Part shown: in pieces, positions 1 through 13,261 of the stretch
Numbering within the stretch: the first letter of the stretch is position 1
Layout of the letters: the number at the start of each line of letters is the position of its first letter
NCBI GenBank assembly: GCA_964016885.1
Contig: OZ024741.1
Location: 336,598,001-336,662,000 of the forward strand
Direction of reading: 5' to 3'
DNA length: 64,000 bases
From: Eledone cirrhosa
Taxonomy: Eukaryota
Program-made: the position numbers and the translations under genes
The notes under the pieces: generated by a model
The model's database searches: none
What the model was told of the DNA's origin: nothing
What the model saw: only the letters and a program-made list of their open reading frames with translations

Positions 1-126
1 CACCCAGCACTCACTGTAAATGAGGTTGGTGTTAGGAAGGGCATCCAGCTGTAGAAATCAAGCCAGAATCAGTTCCCGTCCCACCCTTGCAAGCAGGGAA
101 AAGTGGACGTAAAATGATGATGATGA

Positions 127-128
<2 letters not shown>
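1..128 (+). mobile_element. 3' part of tRNA-derived SINE (family B) with RTE-type tail and (ATG)n end
   Basis: Matches the 3' part of the full copy at 33925-34272 (GGTTGGTGTTAGGAAGGGCATCCAGCTGTAGAAA ... CCCACCCTTGCAAGCAGGGAAAAG.GGACGTAAAATGATGATG). Confidence 0.75.
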
Positions 129-194
<66 letters not shown>

Positions 195-200
195 GCACAC

Positions 201-238
<38 letters not shown>

Positions 239-429
239 CGAGGAAGAGAGAGACATATATATACACTCGGAGTTACAGATAAGCATTTCTCAGCTGTTTA
301 AATTTATAGAAAACAATCCCTTGATACTGAAAAATGTTTTGATCCTTCAGCATTTCATATTGTAGTGGAAAGCATTTAAGCTTAATTAATTAAGTGCTTC
401 CCAATTTCCAAATCCACTATTCGAATGAA

Positions 430-955
430 GTGTGGCTGTGTGAACGAGCAATCATTTCCCCCCAAGATATCCCAGTGAATGTGGTCTACAAAATCTCTCA
501 CAAATGATCACTGGAAGTAGCCAGAAATATAAATGAATTGACAAAGTTGTCAAAGAGGATGATGTTGTTCATTATCCCATGTAATTTCTGGAAATGTCCA
601 TTATGCTGTGACACAACCTAGAATTGAAGATGGGCATGGTCACCATGCTTCTTAGTAACATGGATCACCAAGATTGTGCAATGGGACACATACAGTTGTG
701 ACTGAACTACAACCTCACATTATCAAAACAAAAATCCTCACTGGATGTGGTAACGGAGACAGTGCATTTATGCCTAGAATGCCACTGAAACCAACAGATG
801 TCGCCTTTCATTTTAAATGATTGTAATTCCCTGTAAGAGTCAGTTAAACAATGACCATTAAAAAGTCCCAAGATAAAACCCTGCAAGTTGTTGGTCTCTA
901 TCTAGAAGAGGCTGTTTCTCACTAAGTCAATTGTATGTAGGTTATTCCAAACTCT
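430..955 (+). pseudogene. Degenerate PIF1-family helicase C-terminus, probably a Helitron Rep/Hel fossil
   Basis: Manual translation across stops/frameshifts gives WLCERAIISP, MLLSNMD..RLCNGT, FMPRMPLKPTDVAFHFK*L*FPVRVS*TMTIKKSQDKTLQVVGLYLEE, QLYVGYSK. These are the PIF1 helicase motifs typical of Helitrons. Confidence 0.8.
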
Positions 956-1009
956 TCATATATGCTCCATAGAAAAAAGTTCAAAATTTCATGGATGTTA
1001 TCCAACCAT

Positions 1010-1450
1010 CTTGCCTTGGTTTTTACCCTAAAATCTGTCCAACAATTCTTTCCTGAGACATTCTAACCACATTCCCATAGTATCAGAGCTGTGATCTCTC
1101 AATTTGGAGAAGTAGTGGCTTTACCTGGAGTGACTCTCTGATCTCTGAGCTACACGCTCTATCGAATAACATTACTCCAAAGACTCTTCGATGGAACCCT
1201 ATTTTGGCTGCTTGTATTTGTGACCATATACATTTGGTCATTACCCAAGATAGATGACCATAGGTAAGGGTTGGCGCAAATACCAAATTGAAGATAGCAA
1301 GTTTGGCTTTTATGCCTACCTCCCTTCTGATTACTGAATGCTGAAGCTGGCACATTACTGCACCAACTCCTGCAATTCTTGCACTTAATTCAGCCTCCTC
1401 CCTTCTAGCACTCATGAACATTGTCCTGAGATAGTTGAATTTCTCTATGT
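1010..1450 (-). pseudogene. RTE-clade LINE ORF C-terminal fragment (a different family from the PHD-bearing RTEs)
   Basis: EKFNYL...ELSARI...KLAIFNLVFAPTLTYGHLSWVMT...IQAAKIGFHRRV...SSEIRESL...IERSQL*YYGNVVRM is the post-RT RTE region. Confidence 0.75.
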
Positions 1451-1573
1451 GGGTGTCTAAATATGTGTGTATATGTATATATATGTGTGTTTGTATATAT
1501 ATATATAGAGAGGTAGAACACTGGAAGGTAATATCCATAGTGGTAGAGCACGCAGTCCATGGGACGAGTTAGG

Positions 1574-1787
1574 TAGAAGTGGTAACACAACAGTTAGTTC
1601 ACCATACCGAGAACAATTGTTTCAGCTTAGCGGAGAATCCACTAAGGTGAAACAATTGTTCTCGGTATGGTGAACTAACTGTTGTGTTACCACTTCTATA
1701 TATATATGAGGATCACCGAGCTGAGGATCGACTAAGGTGAAACAATTGTTCTCGGTATGGTGAACTAACTGTTGTGTACCACTTCTA
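1574..1787. repeat. Palindrome (1574-1698) plus a third tandem arm copy (1731-1787); PLE-terminus derivative
   Basis: TAGAAGTGGTAACACAACAGTTAGTTCACCATACCGAGAACAATTGTTTCA is followed by its reverse complement, then repeated again. Confidence 0.85.
1715..1756 (+). ncRNA. Minimal type-I hammerhead ribozyme
   Basis: ACCGAG (stem I) CTGAGGA tcgactaaggt GAAA CAATTG TT CTCGGT (stem I'). Palindromic stem III ACAATTGT, GUU triplet. Confidence 0.75.
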
Positions 1788-1808
1788 TTTATATATATAT
1801 TATATATA

Positions 1809-1980
1809 TCATCATCATCATCATTTCATTTTACGTCCACTTTTTCCCTGCTTGCAAGGGTAGGACGGGAACTGATTCTGGCTTGATTTCTACAGCTGGA
1901 TGCCCTTCCTAACACCAACCTCATTTACAGTGAGTGGTGCTGGATGCTTTTTTGTCGTGGCACCTACACAACCACTTTGC
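1809..1980 (-). mobile_element. SINE family B 3' fragment
   Basis: Reverse complement of the 1-128 tail, with (CAT)n. Confidence 0.7.
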
Positions 1981-1983
1981 ATG

Positions 1984-2256
<273 letters not shown>

Positions 2257-3777
2257 ATATATATATATATATATTTACATGTATGTGTATATGTATGTGT
2301 GTGTGTATATATATATAAATACTAGACATGTTAGTGAATAAAATGCTGTCTGGTTTAAATGCTTAAAAGTAAGACAACAGTAAAAACAATTTTATGTAAA
2401 AACATGACAGATTTTATGACAGATACAGCACTGTAATTATAAAATCCTACAAATAAGCAAATTTAGTAAAGATAATTGCTTGCATAAAATATATAATGGT
2501 TATATATGAAACAAACTACAATGTTAAATTCCTCATATCAAATTATTTGTAAAATAATCAATAGCAGTTACAATTGTAGTAAAAATTGATTGGGATATTA
2601 AACTGATATTTCAGAAATGCATGAAGCATAAGCGCTACTGTAGTGATCCTATGCATGTGCATGCATTTTGTGCACAGACAAGTTAAGGGGAAAAAAACTG
2701 AAATCTCTTATTACTCATTTTGTTTTATCTTGGACTGATTCAACTTTGCATATGAAAAGAGGGTAATAGCCCTGAAATATCATGTTAAAATACACTGGGT
2801 AAAACATTATTTTGTTTTGTTTTATTTGTCATCATTTGCTCTTCATATCCTTTTACTGCATTGTACCGGCTTTTAAAAAATATAAAAAAAAGTTATTGGT
2901 AAAATAATCAATAGAAGATACAATTGTTGTTTCAATTGATTGGGATATATCAGTCTTCAATCATTCATCTTGATCCTATTTACTTACTCTCTTAAGTGTT
3001 CCAGCCCATAGGTTGAGGCCATGCTGGGGCACTGCCATTAAAAGTCTAAAGTCTGAAGCCCGGAGGGCCTTCCGGCCAGTGTTTATCTTTATGGAGTTAA
3101 GTGACTGAGACTACAAGATTCCCCCTGAACAAGATGCCAGTCTATTACAGGGTTGAAGTCTGCCACAAATCTGTATGCTCATTAGATTGGTGCTTATCCA
3201 GGTTTCTGTGGCAATAAGCAACTGAGAATACAAGACTACACCTGGTCATTACGCCAGTTCATCACAGGGTTATGTCTATCTCAAGCCCAGATGCTTACTA
3301 GGTTGGTGTTTATCCTGGTTTCCAAGGAATGAAGTGACTTAGAATACAAGACATCCCACTAGACTGGACACCAAGCTAGCACAGGGTTAAACCCCCAGCT
3401 ATTGCTGCTGCTACTCATTTTCAGCTGTGTGAAATGAAGTGTTTTGCTCAAGAACACAACATAAAATCTAGTCCAGGAATTGAACTGACAGCATTATGAT
3501 TGTAAGTACAACACCCTTATCACCAGGCCATCTGACTTAACTGTTCTTTTATTTACATATACAAACATGGTTTTGAGGTTAAGATGGCCATTTTGGTGCC
3601 ATGATAAAAAAAACACCCAGTTTACTTGGTAATGTGGTTAGCATTAGCCAGAAATAGTTCTGTATGAGCACAACATGGTCATCTGACATGATTTGTTTCA
3701 TAACATGGCAGACCATCTAACCCATGCAAGCATGGAATATAAACAATGATAATAATGATCCCCCTCTCTATTTCTCA

Positions 3778-3842
<65 letters not shown>

Positions 3843-3847
<5 letters not shown>

Positions 3848-4553
3848 CCATGAAGAATATCCCTATTCCACCAAGGAGACAGTACTTAAAAACTCTTATC
3901 AGGCATACAGACAGGTTCATCAAATACATTAGATGGAGAACCTTCTTCTTTGATCACCCTGATGTAGCAGCAAGCAATGATGAGAGGTTTGGTTTCAAAA
4001 TTAATAAGGCACCACCCACCAACAGACCACTTGATCCATTTGAGGAGGACTTCTTCAAAATTATCAGAAATTTCAATTTCCCTAAAGCTAACACTCCATT
4101 CTAGGCCTATTTAAAAGATGAACTGCTTAAAATGAAAAGTTCCTCCAACCTACATGTCCCCTCTGATAAAACTCAAAACCTTTATGAGGTGGACTTACCG
4201 ACCTACCAGAAGCTGGCAAAAAACACCACCATGACCTGACCACTTACAAAAAAGTAGATGAGAAGGCATTGATTGATACCAACATGGTTGGTAAAGAGAT
4301 CGCAAAAACCCTTAAAGATGAAGACTGGACTGAACCGTTAAGGGCAGAGACCCTGCACTTTACCCTTAAAGACCACAAGGCCAATTTCATTAATAAACCC
4401 TCGATTAAGCTGATTAACCCTACACACTAAGACATTGGATCAATCAGCAAGATAATCCTCGAGAAAATATTACCTTTGCTGTGTGCAGCCTTACCATTCC
4501 CACTCTGGAGCAGAATTTTAGAAGCAATCTCTTGGTTCCTGGAATTTCCTAAG
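3843..4553 (+). pseudogene. PLE (Naiad-like) ORF N-terminal fragment with stop/frameshifts
   Basis: SMKNIPIP...FIKYIRWRTFFFD...[45 protein letters not shown] are colinear with the N-terminus of the 13262-15703 protein. Confidence 0.8.
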
Positions 4554-4675
4554 AAATATATATATATTTGTGTAACTGTGTGTCTGTATATATATATATA
4601 TATAAATATATATATATATAGTCCAGAAATAGCCGTCGAAACGGCTTGAGCTTTGCCGCCGGGGTCATACTTTTT

Positions 4676-4776
<101 letters not shown>

Positions 4777-5503
4777 CACACACACACATATCAACACACA
4801 TAGAAAAAGAGAGTGGGGAAAGAAACAGTTACTTCTAACAATAATAGTAATTTGGCAAGATGTTAAAACAATTTATGTATCAATGATCATACACTCTGGG
4901 TTAAAGGGAGTTAAGCAACATTAAATTCAATAGAAGATTCACTATATTTTCAGAAAAATATTAAATTCTCAGAATATCCATTGTTACTAATGGAAACAAG
5001 ATAGCTAGGAACAAAAAGTGTCCCCATGTATGCATGTGTATATATTAATATGTATGCATGCTTATAAATATAATAATAATAATAATGAAAATATTGTGTA
5101 CAGTGCTCAGGTGCACTACAACTCATCAAAAAGTGTATGTATAGTACATAGGGTAATGTACAAACGTGTACATATTATTTTATACTTTTACTGGTTTCAG
5201 TCATGAGACTGAGCTCTGCTCATTGAGTTCAAATCCCGCCAATGTCAACTTTGCTTTTCATCCAGTCAAGTTTGATAAAAAAAAAAGTACCAGTCTAGTA
5301 CTGGGGTCGATTCTTCCTCTATATATCTTACTCACTTTCTATCCTTCTCTGGAAGAAATCTGCTGTAGAGGAGAGGAGATGCGTTCTGCTAGGCTTAAAA
5401 AATGTCCAACCCTATGACTCCATCAGGAGTTACGGGACCATATATCTATGATCCCACTTAGGGTGAAAGCAATAATTGTTTGCTTAAACATCTAATCTAT
5501 GCT

Positions 5504-5900
5504 AATAATTGTTTCTACTTTTGGCACAAGGCCAGCAATTACCCAGTACATCACTGGTACTTTATTTTATCGACCCCGTAAGGATGAAAGGCAAAGTTAA
5601 CCTCGGCGGGATTTGAACTCAGACTGTAAAGGGACGTAACTATGCTAGAAAGCATGGCATCCAACCCTCTACCGATACTGCCAATTTACCGAATAATGAT
5701 TTCAGATTTTAGACACAAGGCCAACAATTTTGGGGGAGGGCAAGTCAATAAATTAATCCCATTGTGTTACTGGTACTTTATTTCATTGACTCCGTAAGGA
5801 TGAAAAGCAAAGATAACCTTGGCAGGATTTGAACTCTGAATATAAAGGGCCATAAATCTATGATGCAAAGCATGTCCAATGCTCTAGGAGTACTACCAAT
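5504..5900 (-). mobile_element. Two tandem copies of tRNA-derived SINE family A
   Basis: On the minus strand: B-box GAGTTCAAATCC, core TTTGCCTTTCATCCTTACGGGGTCGATAAAATAAAGTACCAG and tail GGCCTTGTGCC..AAGTAGAAACAATTATT. Confidence 0.8.
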
Positions 5901-6516
5901 CTATGCTAATAGTAAATATATATAAATGTCATCGTCTTCGTTTTTATATCTACATTTCCATACTGACTCAGGTTGGTCGGAATGTTTTGAGATAATGGTT
6001 TTACAGTTGGATGCTCTTCCTGATCCCAACCCTCATAATCACCTCTTATGATATGCAAAGATACAATGTATATATTTAAAAAAACATGATACACACGCCA
6101 TATGTGTCTATACAAATATATATGTGTGTATGTGTATCTATGAGTCTGTGTATAAGATCCATGGTGTAATATCTCAATACATGTCAGTATTTACATATAT
6201 ATGTGTGTATGTGTAATCATAGCCATGAGTGTGCATATTACAGATATAATATAATAATTTAATATGTATGTCTATATAATTATGTATAAATATGTGTGAC
6301 TCTGATTTATTGTTGCCATCCTTATTCTGAGTGTTATGAATATCATAGCCTCCTAAACAATGTTCAGTAGCCATGGTGGATATCATCCTGCTTTATTATG
6401 AATGAACAATACCTTCAACTAACCTATTGACAATGGGAACATATGCGAGGATATAGTTTTATAGAAGAACAGTAGAGAAAAGAAAAGGAAAGAATGTATG
6501 TATGTATGTATTATGT

Positions 6517-6904
6517 ATGTATATGTATATATACGTATGTTTGTATGTGTATATGTATGCATATATTTATATATATATATATATATATATCACATATTTT
6601 TATTTGTTTGACCTGAATTACTTGGTCGTTTCTATGACTGTGCGGATGACGGTTTAACCATCGTCTCAGTGTGTTTGGCCTTTAACGTATGTTGTAGCTC
6701 TGGTTCGTCTGAATTATTGAGCGCTTGCCACACATCTCGTAAGTTGGTTTTCGTTAATTCCAAAGTCGAAATACGATTCTCGCTAATTTATATTGATATA
6801 TATATATAGGTAAGTTATTCCGGGTTGAATCGGAGGTAACCACAGTAAGTAAGATTCCTGATGATTTGTAAAGAATGAAACAAATCATCAGGAAATCATC
6901 AGGA

Positions 6905-6951
<47 letters not shown>

Positions 6952-7334
6952 TGAGATTCTACAGGACTCCTGATGATTTGTTTCATTCTTTACAAATCAT
7001 CAGGAATCTTACTTACTGTGGTTACCTCCGATTCAACCCGGAATAACTTACCTATATATATATATCAATATAAATTAGCGAGAATCGTATTTCGACTTTG
7101 GAATTAACGAAAACCAACTTACGAGATGTGTGGCAAGCGCTCAATAATTCTGACGAACCAGAGCTACAACATACGTTAAAGGCCAAACACACTGAGACGA
7201 TGGTTAAACCGTCATCCGCACAGTCATAGAAACGACCAAGTAATTCAGGTCAAACAAATAAAAATATGTGATATATATATATATATATATAAATATATGC
7301 ATACATATACACATACAAACATACGTATATATAC

Positions 7335-7344
<10 letters not shown>
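6517..7344. repeat. Long palindrome (arms ~6517-6892 / 6969-7344) containing PLE-terminus sequence and HHR remnants
   Basis: Arm coordinates sum to 13861. GTTATTCCGGGTTGAATCGGAGGTAACCACAGTAAGTAAG is shared with the PLE end at 43563. Confidence 0.85.
6954..7009 (-). ncRNA. Rearranged hammerhead motif (same family as 50176-50226)
   Basis: AGATTC CTGATGA tttgtaaagaat GAAA CA aatcatcaggagtc CTG TA GAATCT. Loop 3 is replaced by the reverse complement of the core. Confidence 0.55.
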
Positions 7345-7414
<70 letters not shown>

Positions 7415-7420
7415 GTGTGT

Positions 7421-7620
7421 ATATTGAGATTTGATAAAATAAATCACTGCCAATACTCAAATTGAATAATCAAGACCGTAGTGGCATGTCAAATCATATA
7501 TTTTGTCTGATGAGGACGTACTGAAAAAACAACACAGTACCTTTGAAATATAAATATATATATAATAAACTATATATTTTGATTATGTGAATATTTTTAT
7601 TTGTTAACATTTTGAATAAT
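7421..7620 (+). mobile_element. ~200-bp PLE-terminus fragment with HHR-like motif (inverted twin at 20705-20925)
   Basis: TTTTGT CTGATGA gga c GTACTG...CAGTAC c ttt GAAA TATAAATA. The stem I 3' strand is degraded. Confidence 0.6.
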
Positions 7621-7642
7621 ATATATATATATGTATATACAT

Positions 7643-9357
7643 ATGCAGTTTGGGTTTGTGTCAGGAAAAAGTACCACAGACGCTCTTTTCATTGTACGAC
7701 AACTACAGGAGAAGTACCTAGCTAAAAGTAAACCCCTATACTTAGCTTTCGTCGACTTGGAGAAGGCCTTCGACAGAGTCCCCCGTTCCATTATCTGGTG
7801 GGCTCTTAGAAAACTAGGTGTCGATGAATACAAGCCATGTATAAAGAAACAGTCAGCAAGGTTAGAATTAACAACGAATATAGTGAAGAGTTTAGTGTAA
7901 AAGTTGGTGTTCATCAGGGCTCTGTTCTTAGCCCCCTACTATTTATTATTGCCCTCCAGGCTATAACAGTGGAGTTCAAGACCGGCTGCCCATGGGAACT
8001 CCTATACGCAGATGATCTAACGCTCATAGCTGAATCAATGGCCGAGCTAGAGAAGAAATTCCAAACATGGAAGCATGGCCTAGAATCAAAAGGCCTTAAA
8101 ATTAACCTGGCTAAGACTAAAGTTCTAGTTTGTAAGAAAGAAAATAAGACGGCGGTCCCCTCCGGGAAGTGACCATGCGCAGAGTGTAGGAAAGGCGTAG
8201 GTAGAATTCCATTTTGTGTCCCAAATGCAAAATTTGGGTTCATAAAAGATGTAGTGGGATCACAGGTAAGCTAACTAAGAACATAGATTTTACATGTGGC
8301 CGGTGTTCTGGGGCAATAAGTAGCAGCAAGAGCCCACAAAATACTAGCTCATTCAACTGCGCAGAGGGTTCTATAGAAATAGTGGACAGCTTCCGTTACC
8401 TGGGTGACAAAATCAGCAGTGGGGGAGGGTGCTCTGAAAGTACAGTAGCTAGAGTCAGAACTGGGTGGAAAAAGTTCAGAGAGCTTATACCACTATTAGC
8501 CGCTAAAGGGTTCTCCCTAAAAATGAAAGGCAGGTTGTACGATGCCTGCATACGAACAGCAATGTTGCATGGCAGTGAGACCTGGGCATTGTGTGCAGAG
8601 GATATACGCAGACTAGAGAGAAACGAAGCTTGCATGCTCCGCTGGATGTGTAATAGTAATATACGTGAACGACAAAGCATAAACGAACTAAGGAAAAAAT
8701 TAGAAATAAGAGGGATCAGATGTTGTTTACTCGAGAGAAAGCTACGTTGGTATGGTCATGTGATGCGCATGAAGGACGATAGCTTTATAACAAAGTGCAG
8801 GGCAATAAAGATAGATGGTAGCCACGGAGTAGGCAGACCCAGAAAAACCTGGGACGACTTGATAAATTCCGACCTCACACACTTACACCTCTCCAAGACA
8901 ATGTCACTGGACCGAGATCTTTGGCGGTACTCAGTAATAGAGAAGACCCGCCTTACCTAAATACAAAGTAAAACCTACTACAGTCAGTAGGCATCTCTAA
9001 CAAAATACACCCCCGTCCTACCACCCCCACCCCATCCACACCGCCCCCCTTCTATGTAAAGTTATGTTGGTGCCACACCATCCAGGCCGAAACAAATGAG
9101 ATCGTGTAGGTGTCACGACAAAAAACACACAGTCCACGCTGTAATGTGGCCGTGTAGGCAACACGGTAAAAACTCCCAGACCCACACTGTAAATGTGGTT
9201 GGTGTTAGGAAGGGCATCCAACTGTAGAAAACCTGCCAGACAGTCCTATGCGAGCAAGACAATCACTCTTGCCTCAAGTGGGAAAACCCCCGTCCAAACC
9301 CATGCAAGCGTGGTACACGGACGTTAAACGATGATGATGATGATGATGATGATGATG
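7643..9357 (+). mobile_element. 5'-truncated RTE LINE (RT + PHD-like finger + C-terminus), disrupted
   Basis: [44 protein letters not shown]. Small deletion near 7827, TGA at 8170, (ATG)n tail. Confidence 0.9.
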
Positions 9358-9361
9358 ATAT

Positions 9362-9398
<37 letters not shown>

Positions 9399-9407
<9 letters not shown>

Positions 9408-9724
9408 GTGAGTTTTTTTTACAAATTGAAAATTAACCGAGGTGTCCTACATGAGTGAAAGTATAAAGAAAAAGAGATGAAATCGAAAATGCAACTGTGG
9501 TTTTTCTCACATAAGATGTGAGAAAAACCACAGACCCTCCATCTCAACTCTACTTTTGAAAAGCAGAAGAACTGCGAAACCGGTAAAGCAACCAAATAAA
9601 TATATATATTTTTTTTAAAAATAAGACTACAGTTGCATTTTCGATTTCATCTCTTTTTCTTTATACTTTCACTCGTGTAGGACACCTCGGTTATTTTTCA
9701 ATTTGTAAAAAAAACCTCACTTTC

Positions 9725-9728
<4 letters not shown>
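9399..9728. mobile_element. Foldback element with ~100-bp inverted arms in (TA)n, containing a variant HHR
   Basis: Arms 9399-9498 and 9629-9728 are near reverse complements. The internal motif is at 9551-9590. Confidence 0.8.
9551..9590 (+). ncRNA. Variant minimal hammerhead (U3-A8 core)
   Basis: tactt TTGAAAA GCAG aagaa CTGC GAAA CCGG TA aagca. Perfect stem II, palindromic ACCGGT, stem I with one mismatch. Confidence 0.55.
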
Positions 9729-9777
<49 letters not shown>

Positions 9778-9780
<3 letters not shown>

Positions 9781-10584
9781 GTAGATAAATCTACCAAGAG
9801 TTTACGGTAGTGTCCAATCCGTATGAAGAACTCAATGTATTCCGGATATCATGGAAAGAAGAGATGTAATGAAAATCCACTTTCGGTGAAAGATAAACAG
9901 TATACAGAGTCAAGATAAAATATTAAACAAATAATGAACAAACAATTTCTTATATTAAACAAAAAAAGTTCACTATTTAACGATCGTTTCTAGGGTATAT
10001 ATGTGTTATAATTGGTATGCATATTTAACAGATCTATGTACAAAATTATACAAAATTATACAAATTATCAAGATTAAATATACATACCTAACTCATATAT
10101 ACGCCGTCTTCAGAAATAATGAAGTATATTTATTGATAATAACAACAATTCAAAATATCAGTTCAAAATTGACCAATGAAAACACAAAGGGTTAAAAGCA
10201 GTTTGGTGTGTGTATATACATGTAAAAACCTTACACATATTTTACAATAATGTGTGTATAATTTGTATGTGCATACTAAAAAGATGGATGCAAACACAAA
10301 ATTTCAAGGTTAATATCTCTGTAAGCTTAATGCGCTGATAAGATACGCAATGATACTTATGGAGTCAAGCATATAAATATATTTTTTTCATACTCACACA
10401 TATCAGTATAATCACACATACATGTGCGTATATGCATAAATATACACATAACCACGAACATATAAACACACACACTCCCCCACTCACATTTATATATGTG
10501 GATATAAAATCATAAGCAAATAGAAATTAAGTCACTCACATAAAAACACTGGCACACACATTTCAAGATCAAGATACAGAAATT
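9778..10584 (-). repeat. 3' pseudo-LTR of PLE-1
   Basis: 807-bp direct repeat of 15856-16662. One mismatch noticed (9899 A vs 15977 G). Confidence 0.9.
9969..10123 (-). ncRNA. Type-I hammerhead ribozyme with long stem II (3' pLTR copy)
   Basis: Reverse complement of 20463-20617. Confidence 0.8.
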
Positions 10585-10709
10585 AGGTGGGAGGGGGGGG
10601 GGGGAGGGGTCAGTATTAGATTGTCAGACCAGACTGCCTAATATAAATGTATCTATAAATTAAGAAAAATAAAAAAATAAAAACAATAAAATATAAAAAT
10701 ATAATATAA

Positions 10710-10895
10710 TGTACATACACATACAGATATACATACACATACATACATGTACGCGCACATAGAGATATCTACACATACATACATACACACATACCTATAC
10801 AGTCATACACACACATACATTTACACGAATATATACATATACACATATAAAAAGATATAAATACACACACACTCACGCGCAACACATACACACAT

Positions 10896-10936
<41 letters not shown>

Positions 10937-11276
10937 TACGCACACACATAGACTCATATATATATATATACACATACACATACATATATATAAACATATA
11001 TATATCCACACACTCATACCACCATAAATACACATACAAACACCCACATGCATATATATATATATATATATATAACCACATACACACACGTACACATATA
11101 TATATATACATATATACACATACATATATATATATACACACACATAAAAAACAGACATGCACATATATATATATATATATATATTTCATTACTCTTATAT
11201 ATACACATAGTATATATACATACACAACCTCACTTATACACATATACACATAAGTTATATTACAATAATAATAAAG

Positions 11277-11318
<42 letters not shown>

Positions 11319-11440
11319 ATATATACACATATATATATATATACATACATACATACACATACATACATACACATAAATATATACATACATAAATACACAC
11401 ATACGAATAAAGACATATATTCACACATAGACACCCATAT

Positions 11441-11472
<32 letters not shown>

Positions 11473-11950
11473 CTATATATATATATATACACACATATAT
11501 ATATATATATATATATACACATACACACACACACACACACACAGACACACATACACACTCACATATATATATATATATATATATGTGTATGTGAGTGTGC
11601 GCAAATACACATATATATAGACACACACATACAAACACACACAAACACATACATATGCATACGTGCACACACCCACACATATATCACATAGATACGAAGA
11701 TAAACATATAAATAGAGAGACATACAAATATATACAGAACCCATATACACATACATACAAACACGCATATACATATACATACATATATACACATATATAT
11801 ATTCCTATATACAAGCATACACATACATACACATATATACATATACATACACATATACATACCACACATTCACATACACATACATATATAATACATATAT
11901 ATACATATATATACATACATATGTATGTACAATCATATATACACACTCAA
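10710..11950. repeat. Complex (TA/CA)n microsatellite array inside the PLE-1 3' UTR (mirror at ~18636-19876)
   Basis: Dinucleotide mosaic. Identical ORF-track translations appear on the opposite strand in the inverted copy. Confidence 0.9.
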
Positions 11951-13261
11951 TCTTACATTATATTTACATGCTCATATATGTATTTTTATATTTAGAAATA
12001 AATACCAAAACCTATATAGACACCCACCTACACATATATTCATACATATACGCTTACAAAAACAGATGATAATAGTATGGGGGAAAGGGGGGGTTTGGAG
12101 AAGGGGATCAAAGTAAATATATGTTTCAAGAAACATATAATATTTTCCGTATCTTAATTCAATGTATGTTCTTACATATTTTCAGTGCTAGGAAATACGA
12201 AATCTATGCATCTCAAAACAAAAAAGTAAACCATTAATCATATGTTAACTAAACCAAAGATAGTCAACATATTGATTTCCAAGGTGTAAATTAGTTAGGT
12301 TTATAATATTTGAAGCAGAATTATGAAGTCAAACAGTAGTAGATTATTAATTACAATATAACTAAATTAAAGTTAATAACGTTATGGTATCAATATTAGG
12401 AGATGAATTTAGTAATAGGGAAAAGAAACCCAAATAAAAATAAAATAAAGTATTACATCGGTAGTAGCATATAAATTATATGTTAACTAAATTAAAAATT
12501 ATATATTTATTTCAATAGTATACGTTAATTAGTATATGTTAATTAGGTATACAATACATAAAGCAGATATTGTATTTCATCAATAGCATAATATAATTAT
12601 ATGCAAATAAAAATCAAAATTAATACGCATACATATACATATACATACACATACACATACATATACATATACACTCATATATATATATATATACACATAT
12701 ATACACATATATACATATATACTCACATAAATATACATACAGATACACATACAACACACACATATATACATATACATATAGATATACATATCTTTTTCAA
12801 AAAATTGCACAGAATATATTAATTAGGTATATATCCAAAACACATCTCATTCTATGATTACATGACATTCTGCAATTCGTCTGTACAAGGATACTAATTT
12901 TAAGCAAATTAAAATTAAAGTTTTAGGTTGATTAAAACTAAAACCAAATAATAAATATATTTCCAAAATGTATATTAATTAGGTCTATAATACTAAAAAT
13001 TCTTTCTCCGTCATTGGATACATGATATTATTTTGTTATATTTTATCTGTAAAAGAATTATAATAAAAAAATTATAATAAAAGGTTAAAATAAATTAAAA
13101 TTAATCTATAAATTAAATTACTGAGTATATATTAGTAATATTTAAAGGTTTTTCAAAATTTATGATTACATAATATTTTCTCATCTGTAATAAAATATTA
13201 ATTAAATTAAATTTATAGGTTAACTAACATTTAAATTAAATTAAATTCTAGAATAATGTTA

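Noticed and set aside
7144-7246. CTGACGA...GAAAC as another hammerhead
   Set aside because: Stem I and II pairing is unconvincing, and the mirror arm reads CAGACGA.
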